Assembly (NCBI RefSeq): GCF_006345805.1
Contig: NC_042999.1
Span: 30,690,001-30,754,000 of the forward strand
Reading direction: 5' to 3'
Source of the DNA: Octopus sinensis
Lineage: Eukaryota
Length of the DNA: 64,000 nucleotides
Positions within the stretch are counted from its first letter, which is position 1; each line of letters starts with the position of its first letter. Under the pieces are notes generated by a model. That model worked only from the letters and a program-made list of their open reading frames with translations. It was not told the DNA's origin and ran no database searches. The translations under genes and the position numbers were made by a program. Of the stretch, positions 40,204-53,236 are shown piece after piece.

Positions 40204-42409
40204 CTCCGATGTATGACTCTATGTATGCAGCGGACGAACTACAGTTTTGGCGGCTATGAATCTTGACTTGTTATTAGGTCCCTTCATAGAATGAATCACA
40301 TCTCTATACAAGAAGTCCTGCAATACTTTGTCTTCCGGGAAATGATCTTGAGGTCCGAAAGACAGTGAACCATGTACTGAAGTGAAGTCCTTTCTTATGA
40401 AGCCATACACTGAACTCTTCCCTGCCAGCAATGAGCTCCGGGTAACCACTTCTCTAGTGAGTCATGTTCCATGACATATCACTGCAAATTTAGAATAAAC
40501 TTAATCAGAAGGACCTATTTTTTATTCATTGCTGTACAGGATAATCTCACATGATAATATTACTGATGAGATTAAGAAATTCATCTAATATGGTTTTCAG
40601 GTTGGTATGTATATTATTTATATACATGCATGTTCCATACTAGACTTTTGAAATACAACACCGCAAATATAGGACTTAATAGGTTTCATTTTAAGCAGAT
40701 ACATGAATACATATTATATGAATCCCATTATACAAAACGTACTTTCTTTTTACAGCAGCTTATTCACGGAAAAACTTGGTAAAATGCCAGCTTCCGTGCA
40801 ACATCATTCTCTAGATATTATAAAGATAAACGATTTACGTGTTCTTCACTCATTTTAGACCGAAATTTATTCTTTATAAAGGATCGTTTTGAGAAATTCC
40901 CTTTTGCTTTACAGATCATGACAAATTATTCTCAAATTGAGCTTAAGTATACTAGTAATATGAAGAAACATCTCACTTAGCATTTCTTCGGAAATCGTAA
41001 TTTCTGTGTATTCCATTTTGAAAGTCATGTTTATGTGTTTAGGACTACCCGAGATGCAAGTATTCTCTGATCTCATAACGTTCACTTATTCATTCGTGGT
41101 CAATATCAAATTTATAAGATAGTATAAATTTAAATACTGACCGCATCAGTTTCAGAATTATTCACCACTTCTGAGAGTAATTGAAACTTTCCACAATCTA
41201 CTGATAAGGTTTAATCCTCTTATGTAATTGTTATCGATCAGCTGCTTTAAGGCGTCTGTTCTAAAGCTATCAGTTCCTCTCAAACAAGTACTACGACTTG
41301 TGACAGAGTGATTGAAAACAGAGCATCAGAATAACTTCCGAGTCTACTTAATTTTTTCGGAGATATTGAGGAAAAGACAGTAAATTCGGCAGCACAAAGA
41401 GATCTTCAAGTATATCAAAACCCCAGCGTTGAAGCGTATTACCTGTTTTTCTTAAAATGCTCCAAATAACTATTGAAATATGCAAATTCCTACGTTACCA
41501 CTTTGTTGGGTAACATTTTAAATTTCTTTACATTCACGTTTCTACTCTGAATTTTCGAAAATATGAGAGATTGTTTAATAAAATAATTTCCATTTTGAAC
41601 TGTTCTAATACACATAAAAAGCAGATACTCTAGTTGTAACTTAAGGCATTAAAAGAAAAGTCTACATTTCATTGAGTGGTTAAAATACCCCATCTTCGTG
41701 GTACTCTCATAAACAAAACTTACAGCTCCTCTTAAAAGGCAAAGTATTTGACAATTTCAAGTATAGCTGTGACTGCATTTCTCCAAAAGGTTGAGTTTAG
41801 AACTGCACGTGGATGCATAGCTTTCATAAATGCATAGCTTTCATAATGTTCTTAATGAATGCTGGTAGATTTTTCTCTAACCCCTGTATTTTAGATAAAT
41901 TTTCGAAAGATTGACCACGGTTATCACCAACTTGAAAGCTTCTGTTCCAAGACCGTTTTATTTTTGCTTAAAGTCATGGATGGGTGGTTTTGTGTCGACA
42001 AAATTGATACAAACTTCTTTCAGATTTTTCTCTCGACACAATACTGAACTACAATCACCAGCTGGTTTCCCCTATATTTTTGTCAATTTTTACACTGTTC
42101 TGGGGACATGGGTAGTGCTTACATTTTCATTCTTTCATTTCTCGCGATGTTCATGTAAAATGGATCGAACTCCATACTCTATGTAGGTGCACCCCAAAAT
42201 GTCTATTATTTACTGAGTCCCACTTCAATTTCAATTAAAAACATCATTACACCTGCAACTCTTATCAACACATCAACTGTACGCTACGTTTTCTCTCATC
42301 TGTTATTCAAGTTCCTGATTCAGAGTGTTTCTATTTGTTTTGTTTATTTTCTTTTTGTTTTTTTTTTTTTTGGCTAACCAACACAACACTGTCCTCCACA
42401 ACAACAACA

Positions 42410-42570
42410 ACAGAAACATCGAAAAAAATACCTTAGTAATGAGAACCCAGGTTCAAAATTTCTCCAAGACACCGGATGAAGGCTGGAGAGTATATCAGCT
42501 GAAACATTGTGTTAACAACAAAAAACATGAGGACAAATATCCGTCAAATGTAAATAATGTAAATAATGTA
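42410..42570 (+). repeat. ~150-bp dispersed repeat with degenerate hammerhead-like core, copy 2
   Basis: Core reads CCGGATGA-A-GGCTG...CAGCT-GAAAC-ATT; (TGTAAATAA)n tail. Confidence 0.75.
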
Positions 42571-43496
42571 GTATTTCATGGTAGTTTAGCCATCTTACAC
42601 TTGTATTTATTTATCATTATTTGAGAAACATCTCTTTGGTTCCTTGTAAACCCTACTATATTCAGTATATACATCATGTATGGCTCTTTTTCTCATTTTA
42701 AAATATCGATTTCTTACATTAAACATTACATTATGAAACAATTTTCAACTGTTATATGGCAGTCTGTGAGGTTACCGTACTCTTTTGAAATAACTGAAGT
42801 GATTTTATTGTTTTTTTTTTACTTATTATCATATTGCGGCTCTGTTTGATTTTGTACTAAGGTACTTTCATGTTGAACAATGTGATCTTCATGAATAAGC
42901 AAAGTGTCAACAGTGGTGGACGATTGCTAGAGGGAGCTCCCCCACCCTATTCATGCTCTATCACTAGCTTCATTAATGCTTGGTTGGCTTCTTTCATCTA
43001 TAGTTTCATCTATGTATATAAACTTGACATTAAAGAGTGACTTCATAGTTTTCAATGTTTATACATTTTATCACATCGATACTCCTGGAATTTGCTTTTT
43101 TTGATATCCTCTTATGCCTTTTCGTGAAGTAATAGTCAATTCTACTGGGTCTTAACCCTTCTTAATAAACAGAAACAATATTCATCACCGAACGAGAACA
43201 GGGATTGATTGGAGTGGGTGAATAAAAGCGAATCACGCGTAGGATTCATTTAGTGGAGCTTACAGTTCAAGGATCAGATTCAAACTATGAATCAGTGAAG
43301 TAATAAAAATATTAAAATACTAATGAAAACGCTCACGATGCTATTCTCTTGGAGCTAATTGTATTATGGCCATCGGTTCTTAAATCTGGTTTGTGCAAGT
43401 TGTTTAAATAAAATATTTAATAAAATAATTCATGTTTCATATGTCAGATATTTTGTTCGCCACAAGTAGGATTATCTATGCAATTATACACAAGGT

Positions 43497-43690
43497 AGGT
43501 GATTGTAAGCCATTCGATTCACTTCAACATTTAAGTTTAATTTGTCAAAATATTTTCGTCACCAGCACGGATTTTTGTCAGTGACCAGGTCGCGGTCTTA
43601 AAACAACGAAAATATTTTGACAAATTAAACTTAAATGTTGAAATGAATCGAACGGCTTTCGTGTGTTTCTTAAATGGCTTACAAACACCT
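43497..43690. repeat. Asymmetric foldback with a variant hammerhead motif (43574-43624, +)
   Basis: Inner arms 43515-43559 / 43606-43650, outer arms 43497-43514 / 43673-43690; TTTGTCA-GTGACCA-G-GTCGC...ACAAC-GAAA-ATATTT/TGACAAA. Confidence 0.75.
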
Positions 43691-44579
43691 TCCACGCTGC
43701 AATTGTTTTCGTTTCAGCTCACGATCTCAGATAAAATCACTTGCTATGCAAGTACATCTCCATAATATACCCAAGGTATTTGGTATTAATTAAAACCAAT
43801 GCAAGAATATAAAAGTGCCGTAGTGGCTAAATGTAATAAAAATACCCTCTGCAATATCGATTTTTTAAGATATTAGTTATGGTAAATTCTAGCTTCATAG
43901 ATTGGAGGTCGCACGTCACTCATTTTATATATTTCTGTATTTCTCTGAACAGTCTACAAAAATTTAGAGATTCGAAACTTCTTCACATGTTTAACACCAC
44001 GTATTGGTGTTATGAATAACGGCCCGTTGTCAGATACTACTACTAGTGAGTAGTCTTGAAGACTTTCTCTAATTCACCACAATTTAAAAAAGGACTTTCA
44101 ATATAAGTACACCATCGTAAAGTAAATGTTTTTAAGAACTTATGCGGTTTGAACATATCAACATTTTATAAACATTTATTTGAATTATTAACAATTGACA
44201 GATATTAAATGGAAAAAAAAAAGCGTAAAAATGAAAGAAATATTCTAAAACTAAAATTAGAAAAAATATTTAACATTGAAATAAATAAAGTTTAAGCTCA
44301 AACAATATACAATGAAAATACATTGAATAACATTAAAGAATTACTAAAAGAGACGTAGCTAAAACAAAGACTGTTCAGTGACTTTTCTTATACACATGAC
44401 CTCAGTTGCAAAAATATGTCTGACAATTTTATAAAATATGAATGAATCTTACCGTTTGCGTTAGTCAAGGGAAAATTACAAATTCAAAGATACTGTGTTA
44501 TTTGTATGACAATATATGTATGCATTTTGTGTTTGTGTGCGTACAGGTGGGTGTATGTATGCATGTAAAGATGTATTTA

Positions 44580-45155
44580 TCTCTTATATAAAATCCGTTC
44601 TGTCTGTCTGTGTGTATGTCTTCTCAGATCTCGGGCATTCTTCATCCGATTGCGCTCAAATTTGATATGTAGATACCGACGGTATCAGGGCGTGTGTAAG
44701 TCTTGAAAACATTACAAAAATTGATTCCAGGTGAGAATGCGATCGATAAAGCCGTGAGAACGTGCATTTGCAGGCATCGTTTCTGTCCTGCTTTTCTTCC
44801 GTCAACGTGTACATAACTGCACCTTCCATTTTTTGTTGTTTCTGTACTGCTTAAAGGTACGTTTCTTTCCTGCGAAGCTTACTGTTTAAACCACGTTTGT
44901 GTTCTCCCAGTCAACAGCCTTATCATTACTGGTACTTTAAACTCTTCGGTTGCATATTTGTGTGAATAAAATCGTTTTTCTTTGGAACAGAAAAAAGTCT
45001 ATCGTTATTTATTCTTTTGATGATGTCTCAAATTTAGGTTAAATCAGTGTTTCTCAAAGTGGAAGCCTATGGAACGGTCGGACAAGTTTTGAGAAAATTT
45101 GGTTTAAATGTTTGACAACTCAGCACCGTCCAATGGACGGGGAGCGTTTTGCTCG
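44580..45155 (+). mobile_element. Non-autonomous Helitron (576 bp)
   Basis: A|TC start with TCTCTTATATAAAATCCGTTCTGTCTGTCTGTG; 3' hairpin CCGTCC-aat-GGACGG (45126-45140) followed 11 nt later by CTCG|T (CTAG variant). Confidence 0.78.
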
Positions 45156-45406
45156 TATATAAAAAAGAGAGGTAATGGGGGATATGAAGAAGAGAGAAGT
45201 TAACATACCTGTTCAATTTCCACATAGTTTCTGATTTATTTTTGTTTTGGTCATTATTCTAATTGTTCTGCATGCTTTTTCCAGCACGAAGCATAGTTGA
45301 CTCTCACATAATGTTCCTAGGTAATTTGACTTCTTTAATTTGGATACATTTTATGAATTTTAATTATTTATTTCTTTATTCGTTGTTCTTGTCCTACGAA
45401 AAAAGT

Positions 45407-45790
45407 GGAGGCGCAATGGCCCAGTGGTTAGGGCAGCGAACTCGCGGTCATAGGATCGCGGTTTCGATTCCCAGACCGGGCGTTGTGAGTGTTTATTGAG
45501 CGAAAACACCTAAAAGCTCCACGAGGCTCCGGCAGGGGATGGTGGTAATCCCTGCTGTACTCTTTCACCACAACTTTCTCTCACTCTTACTTCTTGTTCC
45601 TGTTGTACCTGTATTTCAAAGGGCCGGCCTTGTCACTCTCTGTGTCACGCTGAATATCCCCGGGAACTACGTTAAGGGTGCACGTGTCTGTGGAGTGCTC
45701 AGCCACTTACGCGTTAATTTCACGAGCAGGCTGTTCTGTTGATTCGGATCAACCGGAACCCTCGTCGTCGTAACCGACGGAGTGCTTCCA
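45407..45790 (+). mobile_element. tRNA-derived SINE (family B)
   Basis: A box TGGCCCAGTGG, B box GTTTCGATTCC; homologous to 18893-19270. Confidence 0.85.
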
Positions 45791-46783
45791 CCTACGAAAA
45801 ACCAAAGTCGGTGTTTCGAAGAAGGCAGCTTTTGAGAACCTTTCACTTGCATGGGCCAATTGACTTGGTTTAAGAATACATGGGTGAATTTATATTTGTA
45901 TGTATATCATTCTTTAAAATAAGATCTTAAGAGTTTACTGTATATTCTTGTGTATTGTAAGACAGACGCCCGAACACAATTCATTAATGTTGTCTTTACA
46001 TCCCAACAAACATACTCAGTTTTGAGATATCAATGCATTTTGATCATGTGTTTTCAGCTGTCCGAACAACTGAAATGCTATAATCATTCATTTAGCATGC
46101 AAATGGTGGAGTATTCCATATACGTGTCTAACATTGATGTAATTGCCCGATGGATAAAACGTAATAACATTTGTCACGTCTGGAGTTTTGAATTACAAGA
46201 GCAATCAATGAGATGGTCTTCTACACATTGTAAAGTTTGACGAGGTCATAGAAAGACCATTTGACCAAGATGGAACACAGTGCGATTGAAATGTATAACC
46301 CGTGGCTGCAAAGCAGATGTTTTGACTTTTCAATCATACTGCTTTTACATGAGAGATTCGCATAGTTTGCCAAAACCGTTATAACTCAACAACACAAAAC
46401 ATATAAGTATACTATGTATCCATTCAATATATGGTTGGGCTAAAAACAGATGCTTGGTACTTTCTATAGATACATTGCTACTATATGGCACTACGATTAT
46501 CATGTCGATCACAAACTAACTTGCCAATGCATGGTAAAATGTTTTGATTACCGTCTGTGTGGAATATATTTCGTTCACGTCTTTCCTTGCACAAGACAGC
46601 TAATTATCCTATCCAAGACAGCAATAATTTTCTTGTTCCTGTTTGTTTGTGTTGCTAAGGTTGCAATTACTCAGGTCTTCTACCATTCCTGGACGAGCAA
46701 GTGTATAGTCAAAGACAGTACAACAGGGGCCATCGAATTTGCATATGTATGTATTAAGCATGTATGTGTGTATTTATACCTGC

Positions 46784-46858
<75 letters not shown>

Positions 46859-46922
46859 ATTTGGCTCAAAAGCAAATAGCAAGGCCATGTAGGGGGACAT
46901 GGAATTAAGTACAGGGTGGTGT

Positions 46923-49783
46923 TCATGTAAAGAGTTCAGGCCACTTGAGGTCCAGGGAGGCTTTGAACAAAGCGGTCGTCGGCATCTTCACCATCTCGTC
47001 TGGCAGCTTGTTCCACGGATCCGCAACCCGGACGGAGAAAGCTCCTCTCCTTCGATTGAGATGAAATCGTCGCAGGTAGAGCTTTTCGGAATGGCCCCGC
47101 AGCCGACGCTCCGGAGCAGGAGTGAAGAACAGCTCTTTCGAGAGGTTACACTTCCCGCTTATGATGTTGTGGGCGAGAATGAGATCACCACGGCGGCGAC
47201 GTTTTTCAAGAGAATAAAGGTCGAGCGTCCTCAGCCTTTCTTCGTAGGACAAATTTTTGAGACCATGAACCAGGAGGGTAGCCAGCCTCTGGACTCTTTC
47301 GAGGTGCTGTATGTCTTTGAGGAGATAAGGAGAAGAGGCTTGAATCCCATACTCCAATATGGGTCTCACCAGCGTGACATAGAGTGGCAGGAATATGGCT
47401 GCTGTGAGCATTCCGAATGACCGTCGAATCAAAAACAGAATTCCGCGCGCTTTGTTGGCAGCATGGACGCACTGGGCCGAAGGCGAAAAGGAGGAATCCA
47501 CCAAGGTCCTTTACCTGATCGGTCCTCTCCAGCAGCAGACGACCCGGCTCGAAATCAAGTTGAGTTGCAGGAGTAGAGCCGACAGGCAGATGACAGCACT
47601 TTGACACGTTCAGACACAGGTCCCAATCGTTAGCCCACTTCCAAATTTGGTGGAGGCATCGACGAAGATCCTCTATACTACCGCGAGGAGCGACCAGTTT
47701 GATATCGTCGGCAAATAGAAGGGTGTGTTGCGTGAGGTCGTCGGGCAAGTCATTTATGAAGACTAAGAACAACAAGGGCCCAAGCACTGAACCTTGAGGC
47801 ACGCCACTGCTCGCACTGGAGACGTCGGACCGCGAACCATTAACTTGAACTTGGAAGGAGCGATCAGAGAGGAAGGCACCAACCCATCGTACAATATCCG
47901 GATGGAAACTATATGCTTGAAGCTTGACAAGTAGTAGGCGGTGGTTTACCGAGTCAAAAGCTTTGGCAAAGTCCAATAAAACGATGTCAACAGCATCACT
48001 ATCATCGAGGATGCGCGTCACCAATTCTTCCATTACTAGTAAGTTGGTCAAGCATGATCTCTTCGGCACGAAGCCGTGCTGGGAATCAGTGATCGAGGCT
48101 GTGCTTAAGGATGGTTTCGAACATCTTGCTGATTATTGATGTAAGGGAAACCGGTCGGTAGTTAAGCGGGTCTTCGCGGCTCCCTTTCTTGAAAATTGGG
48201 CAGATTATCGCTGTTCTCCAGTCTGCAGGTATAACACCCGTCGCCAATGACATATTGAATAGTCGTGTTAAGGGCTCGCAGATGACCGGAGCCAACGCTT
48301 TGATAACCCGTGGGTGTATGCCGTCAGGGCCGTGACCCTTGTTGACATCGAGGCCTTGAATAACACGTTTGACTTCGTCCCGCGTGATGATCAATCGAAG
48401 CATTGGAGGTACCGATCTATCAATTGGAGGGGGTTCACGACCATCATCTTGTTTGAAAATAGTTGAAAAAGCCTCGGCAAATAATTGACTCTGTTGATAA
48501 GGGTCCTCAATCGATACGCCTGTTGAGTCTACCAATGTGGCAATCTGGTCGTTCAAGCGGGAATTCCGCTGGACATGGGCAAAGAAGGTTTTTGGATTGC
48601 TACTGGCATTTGCCGCGATTTTGTATTCATAACTGAAGCGTTCTTTCTTTTCAATTTTCACGGCTCGGTCTCGTTGAGTTTTGTACACCTCAAAAGCTGC
48701 AGTCGAATCCAGATTTTTGAATTCAGCCCAAGCAATATCTCTATGTCGACGTTCTCGTTTAACCTTCTTCGTCACCCAGGGCTTGTGTTTCTTCCTCTTG
48801 GGAAGTCCAACGGGAACTGCCTGGTCAGTCAAACAGATTACATATGCTTTGAGGAATGACCATAGTTCGTCAACTGAGGACAACGTCATCAGGGAACGCC
48901 AGTCCAGAAGCGCGGAAGCCTCGGTTAGAATTTCAAGATTAATTGCAGAGAAGACTCTACGTGGCAGCGAAGTAATCGTGAGCGTGGAAAAAGTTGTGTG
49001 CATGACGAACTTTAGGACCGCATGATCACTCTTGGCAAGAGGGGCGCACACAGATACGTCTGACACTGGACGCTATCTTGGATAGCGGGAGAATACCAGA
49101 TCTAGCATAGATGGCTGCTGCCCAGACCGATGCCTTGTCGGATATTCAACATGTTGCGATAGAAAACAATCTTCAGCCACGTCAAGAAGGGCCTGGCCGA
49201 ACCGGGAAGATGTTGTACAAATTGATGCGGGCCAATCGATCGTGGGAGCGTTGAAGTCGCCTAGTACCAAGCAGTCATGCGAAGCTGAAACGAATCTTAT
49301 CGCCTCGAGTAGATGAGCATCGTCCTGGGGGTCGGCTAGAGGCGGCCTGTAGACAGCAAACACGGGCAGGCAAAACTCAGATAGGCTCAGCTTGCAATAG
49401 ACGGCATCGAATTTGGTTGTAGGTTGAGCATTTGTGGGTAGAATACCGCAGGACGGTTTGTGCTCAGACTTAACATACACAGCAACACCTCCACCTCGCC
49501 TTTTTCCTCTGTCACATCTGAAAAGGACGTAGCCCTGCAGGTGGATCTCTGAGTCCTTTACTGCTGGAGTCAGCCAAGTCTCGGTGATAGCTATCACATC
49601 AGGGGAGTCGCGTAGGGCCAGTGTAAATAGTTCACTGAACTTTGGGAATAAGGAGCACGAGTTGGTGTAGACGATGCTGAGCTGTGAAGTCTGAGGGGCG
49701 GGAGTTGGGGAACAAGCAGAATAAAGGGCATCAGAGATAGCATCGTTGACGGGGGTATCAGCTTCACTTCGATTTGCCCTCAC
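46923..49783 (-). pseudogene. CR1 ORF2: apurinic-like endonuclease and reverse transcriptase
   Basis: YTNSCSL, IAITETWL, RRGGGVAVYV, VYRPP, LGDFN, LDLVFS; NYRPVSLTS, LDFAKAFD, GVPQGSVLGPLLF, LFADD, LVRPILEY; in-frame TAG at 49073-75, frameshifts near 48085 and 47500. Confidence 0.92.
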
Positions 49784-51237
49784 ATCACTTTCCCTGTCAG
49801 CACTACAGCATGGGACCAGAGGTAGGACTTGATTATCTGTCCATCTTGGATTCGTAAACCCTTCTCTCCTATTTGTTTCCTCATCTTTAGCTCGGATATC
49901 AGGTTCCTCCGGTGAATTCTCTCTCTTAGTGAGTATTCCTCGCGAAAACGCATATTGGGGTCCTCCCAGGCATGCGTCTGAGCTCTGTTCAGAAAGACTG
50001 AAGCCTCCCGATCAGAAGAAAAGATTACCCTTATTGGGCGTGGTCTAGTATCTGCGGTTGGGTTCGCTTGGAATCTTCCTAGCCGAGCGACCTTAAGAAC
50101 ACTGACATTTTCGTTCACAGAGAACAATTTTCCAACCAAAATGGAAACAAAATTAATGTCATCTTTTAGGCGGTTTATGCCTGTATCACAGGTGGATTCA
50201 GCTTTGCCATATATTATTGCCGATCTTGAGTGGGCAAAAAGTTCTCTACTATGAGCTGCGGTATTCGATTCTTCATTGGAGGATTTCGAAAGGGTGGTTT
50301 CATAGCCATCGGACTTATGTCGGCCTGTGGGGTCGATCGGAATGAATTTAGTGGTCATAATTTTCCAGCCTGGTTTGGAACTGCACTGCCTCTTCGGTTT
50401 GGGGGAGCATCACTCCCCAGATGAACCCACATCGAGATCGTTCAGAATTGGTTGAGCAATGGCATTAATGGGAAGGACAAGTGAAGGAGAATCCAAACAG
50501 ATTTTATCGTGATCAGGTTTCATAGCCAAATCTGCCCCTCTGGAGTTTTGACTACGTTTCTTCTTTTCGGGAGAACAACGGTCTTCAGGTGGGTTTGGGT
50601 CTACGCTCCTCGAACTAGGTTGGGGAACCTCCGGGACCGAAAAGGCAGATGAGGAAGAATCCGCACAGGAACGATCATGTGCAGGAACGACGGCCGGTTC
50701 CTTCGCCTTCTTTGGCCGCTTCGATTTTGTTCCCTTCGGTTTGGACGTCTCCAGGGAAGAAATCAAGGGTGACTCTGCGTCAACAGGAGACCGTTTATCG
50801 TGGTCAGGTTTCATAGCTAAATCCGCCCCACTGGAGTTTTGACGACGTTTCTTCTTTTGGGGAGAACAAAGGTCTTCAGGTGGGTTTGAGTCTACGCTCC
50901 TCAAATTCGGTTGGGGAACCTCCGGGACCGAAAAGGCAGATGAGGAAGAATCCGCACGGGAACGATCATGTGCAGAAACGACCGCCGGTTCCTTCGCCTT
51001 CTTTGGCCGCCTCGATTTTGTTCCCTTCGGTTTGGACGTCTCCAGGGAAGAAATCAAGGGTGACTCTGCGTCAACAGGAGACTGTTTATTCAGTAAGAGA
51101 GCAACAACAGACTTTAGGTGCTCAACCTCTTGTTTGAGCAACAGCAACTGTTCGTTGAGCTGACTATTGGTAGGACCATCATCTTGATGAGAAGCCCTAC
51201 TTGCAGATCTCAGTTTCGATGCGTAGGTAGCTGACAT
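49780..51237 (-). pseudogene. CR1 ORF1 (~485 codons) with one internal TGA
   Basis: ATG at 51237; the 50410-51264 and 49780-50358 ORFs are in the same frame, linked by 17 open codons after TGA 50410-12; C-terminal RLGR...RPRPIRVIF...EYSLRER motif typical of LINE ORF1. Confidence 0.8.
50502..51087 (-). repeat. 291-bp in-frame tandem duplication (97 aa) within CR1 ORF1
   Basis: atcgtgatcaggttt at 50506 recurs as atcgtggtcaggttt at 50797; caacaggagac at 50781 and 51072. Confidence 0.92.
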
Positions 51238-51755
51238 GATGGATGGTTGACTAAAAACAATCATATATGGGCTCTAGGACAAATCGGGGTTAAATCAGGA
51301 ACAAAAAACAGGTGCAATCCTTGTAGGAGTAGGCAACAGCAGACAAAAACTGAGAGAGTTTGGGCTGAGCCGAATCACAATCCAAGATTGAAAGCAGACG
51401 GTGCAACGAGTCGGGAACCCTTTCTAATTGTCTGAAGCAGCTTTAGGATAAGGGATAGTATGTCCAAACTTTAGAATATTGATATGCATGCAAAATGTTC
51501 CACTCGATTAAATATCATTTGACGTGCCATTTAGTACTTCAATAATTGCATCTGCGCATGTTTGTATATGTGTGAATACTGTGTTTATGTGCGAGAAGGC
51601 ACATGTTTTTTGTTTTTGTCTATTGTTAAATTAGATTATTAATTTTTCTTTTTTTCTCACGTTTTTCCCTTTTAAAGTATTTCTTTTTAAAGTAAATTAT
51701 ACGTTGGAGGGAGGGCTGGGGGTTTGTTTTTATAGTAAATTCTCTTTTCTCCCAG

Positions 51756-51841
51756 CACAGAGAAAGAAAGGGATTTTTCGTTGGTGCCACCAGTATAATT
51801 CAGACCCGGAGAAAGATATTTCGGTGTCATCGTCAACTTGA
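51756..51841 (+). CDS. Candidate terminal coding exon of an unidentified host gene
   Basis: Strong acceptor ttctcttttctcccag; frame QRKKGIFRWCHQYNSDPEKDISVSSST-stop; AATAAA motifs downstream near 52138 and 52252; no homology recognised. Confidence 0.25.
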
Positions 51842-52646
51842 ATGTTTCTAATTGTAGCGATAGTAGTAACTGCAGTAAATTCTGATAGCAGCAGTAGTAA
51901 ATAGCTCATAAAGTGAGATGAAGAACGGTCGGTCAAATAGAGTTCAAATTGACCGCAACAGTGTTGATGGAACTTGTGAAAGAGTGACCTTGACTTTGAG
52001 AAAAAATCAAAGGAGGGGCCGACTATAAGCAGTACTTGTGAATAGAGTCATGTACGAGAGCGAAACTATAAATAGTATTTTTCTTTTCTTTTTCTTTTTT
52101 TTCTTCTTATTCTCCGCGTGTTTAATAATGCAATTGCAATAAAAGGTATGTCAAGAAGAAGATAAAGGTTAGCTGGTGTTTACGTCCATACTTTTAGCGT
52201 GCATTTAATTGTGGTGTCATACTTTTAGCGTGCATTTAATTCTGTTGTTACAATAAAGGCATTTTACATAATCTCATACTCAAGGAAGAGGTGACGGCAA
52301 AATGTTCACACAAAAATGGAGATATTTATGATTCTAAAATTTTTGTCCCAAACTGTAGGTTTGGAATTCTTTAACTTATTTTGAGGGAAATTCAAATTAC
52401 TCACAGAAAGTAGTAGATCTTCCAGTAATTACAGTTGTTTATCAGTAATCCTGCTGGGTTGTATTTGTTATTCTGTGTCTTCTGTGTCTTCGGCCGCTGA
52501 CAGGTCAGGAGCGGCGAAAACACGTCAGCCACATATATATATATAGTTAATCCAAACATGAAAACACAAAGAGAAAACACAACAACGCGAGGACGTGGAA
52601 CAAGTATAGTATTATTGGACGCCCAGGAAAGAAGGAAAGAAGGAGG

Positions 52647-52681
52647 GTGTAACGTTTCGAGCGGAGCTCTCCGTCAGAAAC
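52647..52681 (-). ncRNA. Degenerate hammerhead-like motif
   Basis: Minus strand GTTT-CTGACGG-A-GAGC-tcc-GCTC-GAAAC-GTT-ACAC; core position 9 and stem I are mutated. Confidence 0.4.
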
Positions 52682-52840
52682 ATATGAAAAGGAAAGATCC
52701 AAAGAAGGGAAGACGGAGGAAAATAATCGCCAACGGTACACACGCGGTCACATTTGAGTGACCAGAAGGAAATGGGTGAAGAAAAGTTCTTTCAAACACA
52801 GGAGAGTGCAAGAGGAGGTATGTGTATCTATCTATCTATC

Positions 52841-52898
<58 letters not shown>

Positions 52899-53192
52899 AT
52901 ATATACACATCTATATATATATATATATATGCATATATAGATATATAGATAGATAGATATATATACATATATATATATAAAATTAAATCAAGGATATAAA
53001 ACCCACTTAAAGGGATGAAAGAATGCAAGTTTCTCAGTTTCATCCAGTGTATCAGTGAAGAACCAAAGATAGTAGTTTTGCATTGATGGATATGGTTATA
53101 CTAATGTTTATCAGAAAAAGAAGACGGAGAAAATGAGACAGGGACATCAAGTTATAACATATTCAATTTCTCACGAAAACAATGTGTATATG

Positions 53193-53231
<39 letters not shown>

Positions 53232-53236
<5 letters not shown>

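Larger units (their letters stand above)
46827..51430 (-). mobile_element. Near full-length CR1-clade LINE (~4.6 kb; 5' boundary approximate)
   Basis: ORF1 + APE-RT ORF2, 3' UTR stem-loop CCATGT/ACATGG (46885-46902), (TAAC)n tail 46827-46858 abutting a (TA)n array; visibly more GC-rich than its flanks. Confidence 0.92.

Noticed and set aside
40219-40449. 76-aa ORF in a GC-moderate unique patch
   Set aside because: The nearest good acceptor gives stops in all frames, plus-strand frames are also closed, and I recognise no domain.
40770-42250. Possible Tc1/mariner relic with a TA|CAGGGG-like end near 41888
   Set aside because: Too degraded to define a second TIR or a catalytic motif.
50410-50412. 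In-frame TGA in CR1 ORF1 as selenocysteine or programmed readthrough
   Set aside because: The context parallels DRCSP in the repeat units, so CGA-to-TGA deamination is simpler; the element has other disabling lesions and I saw no SECIS.
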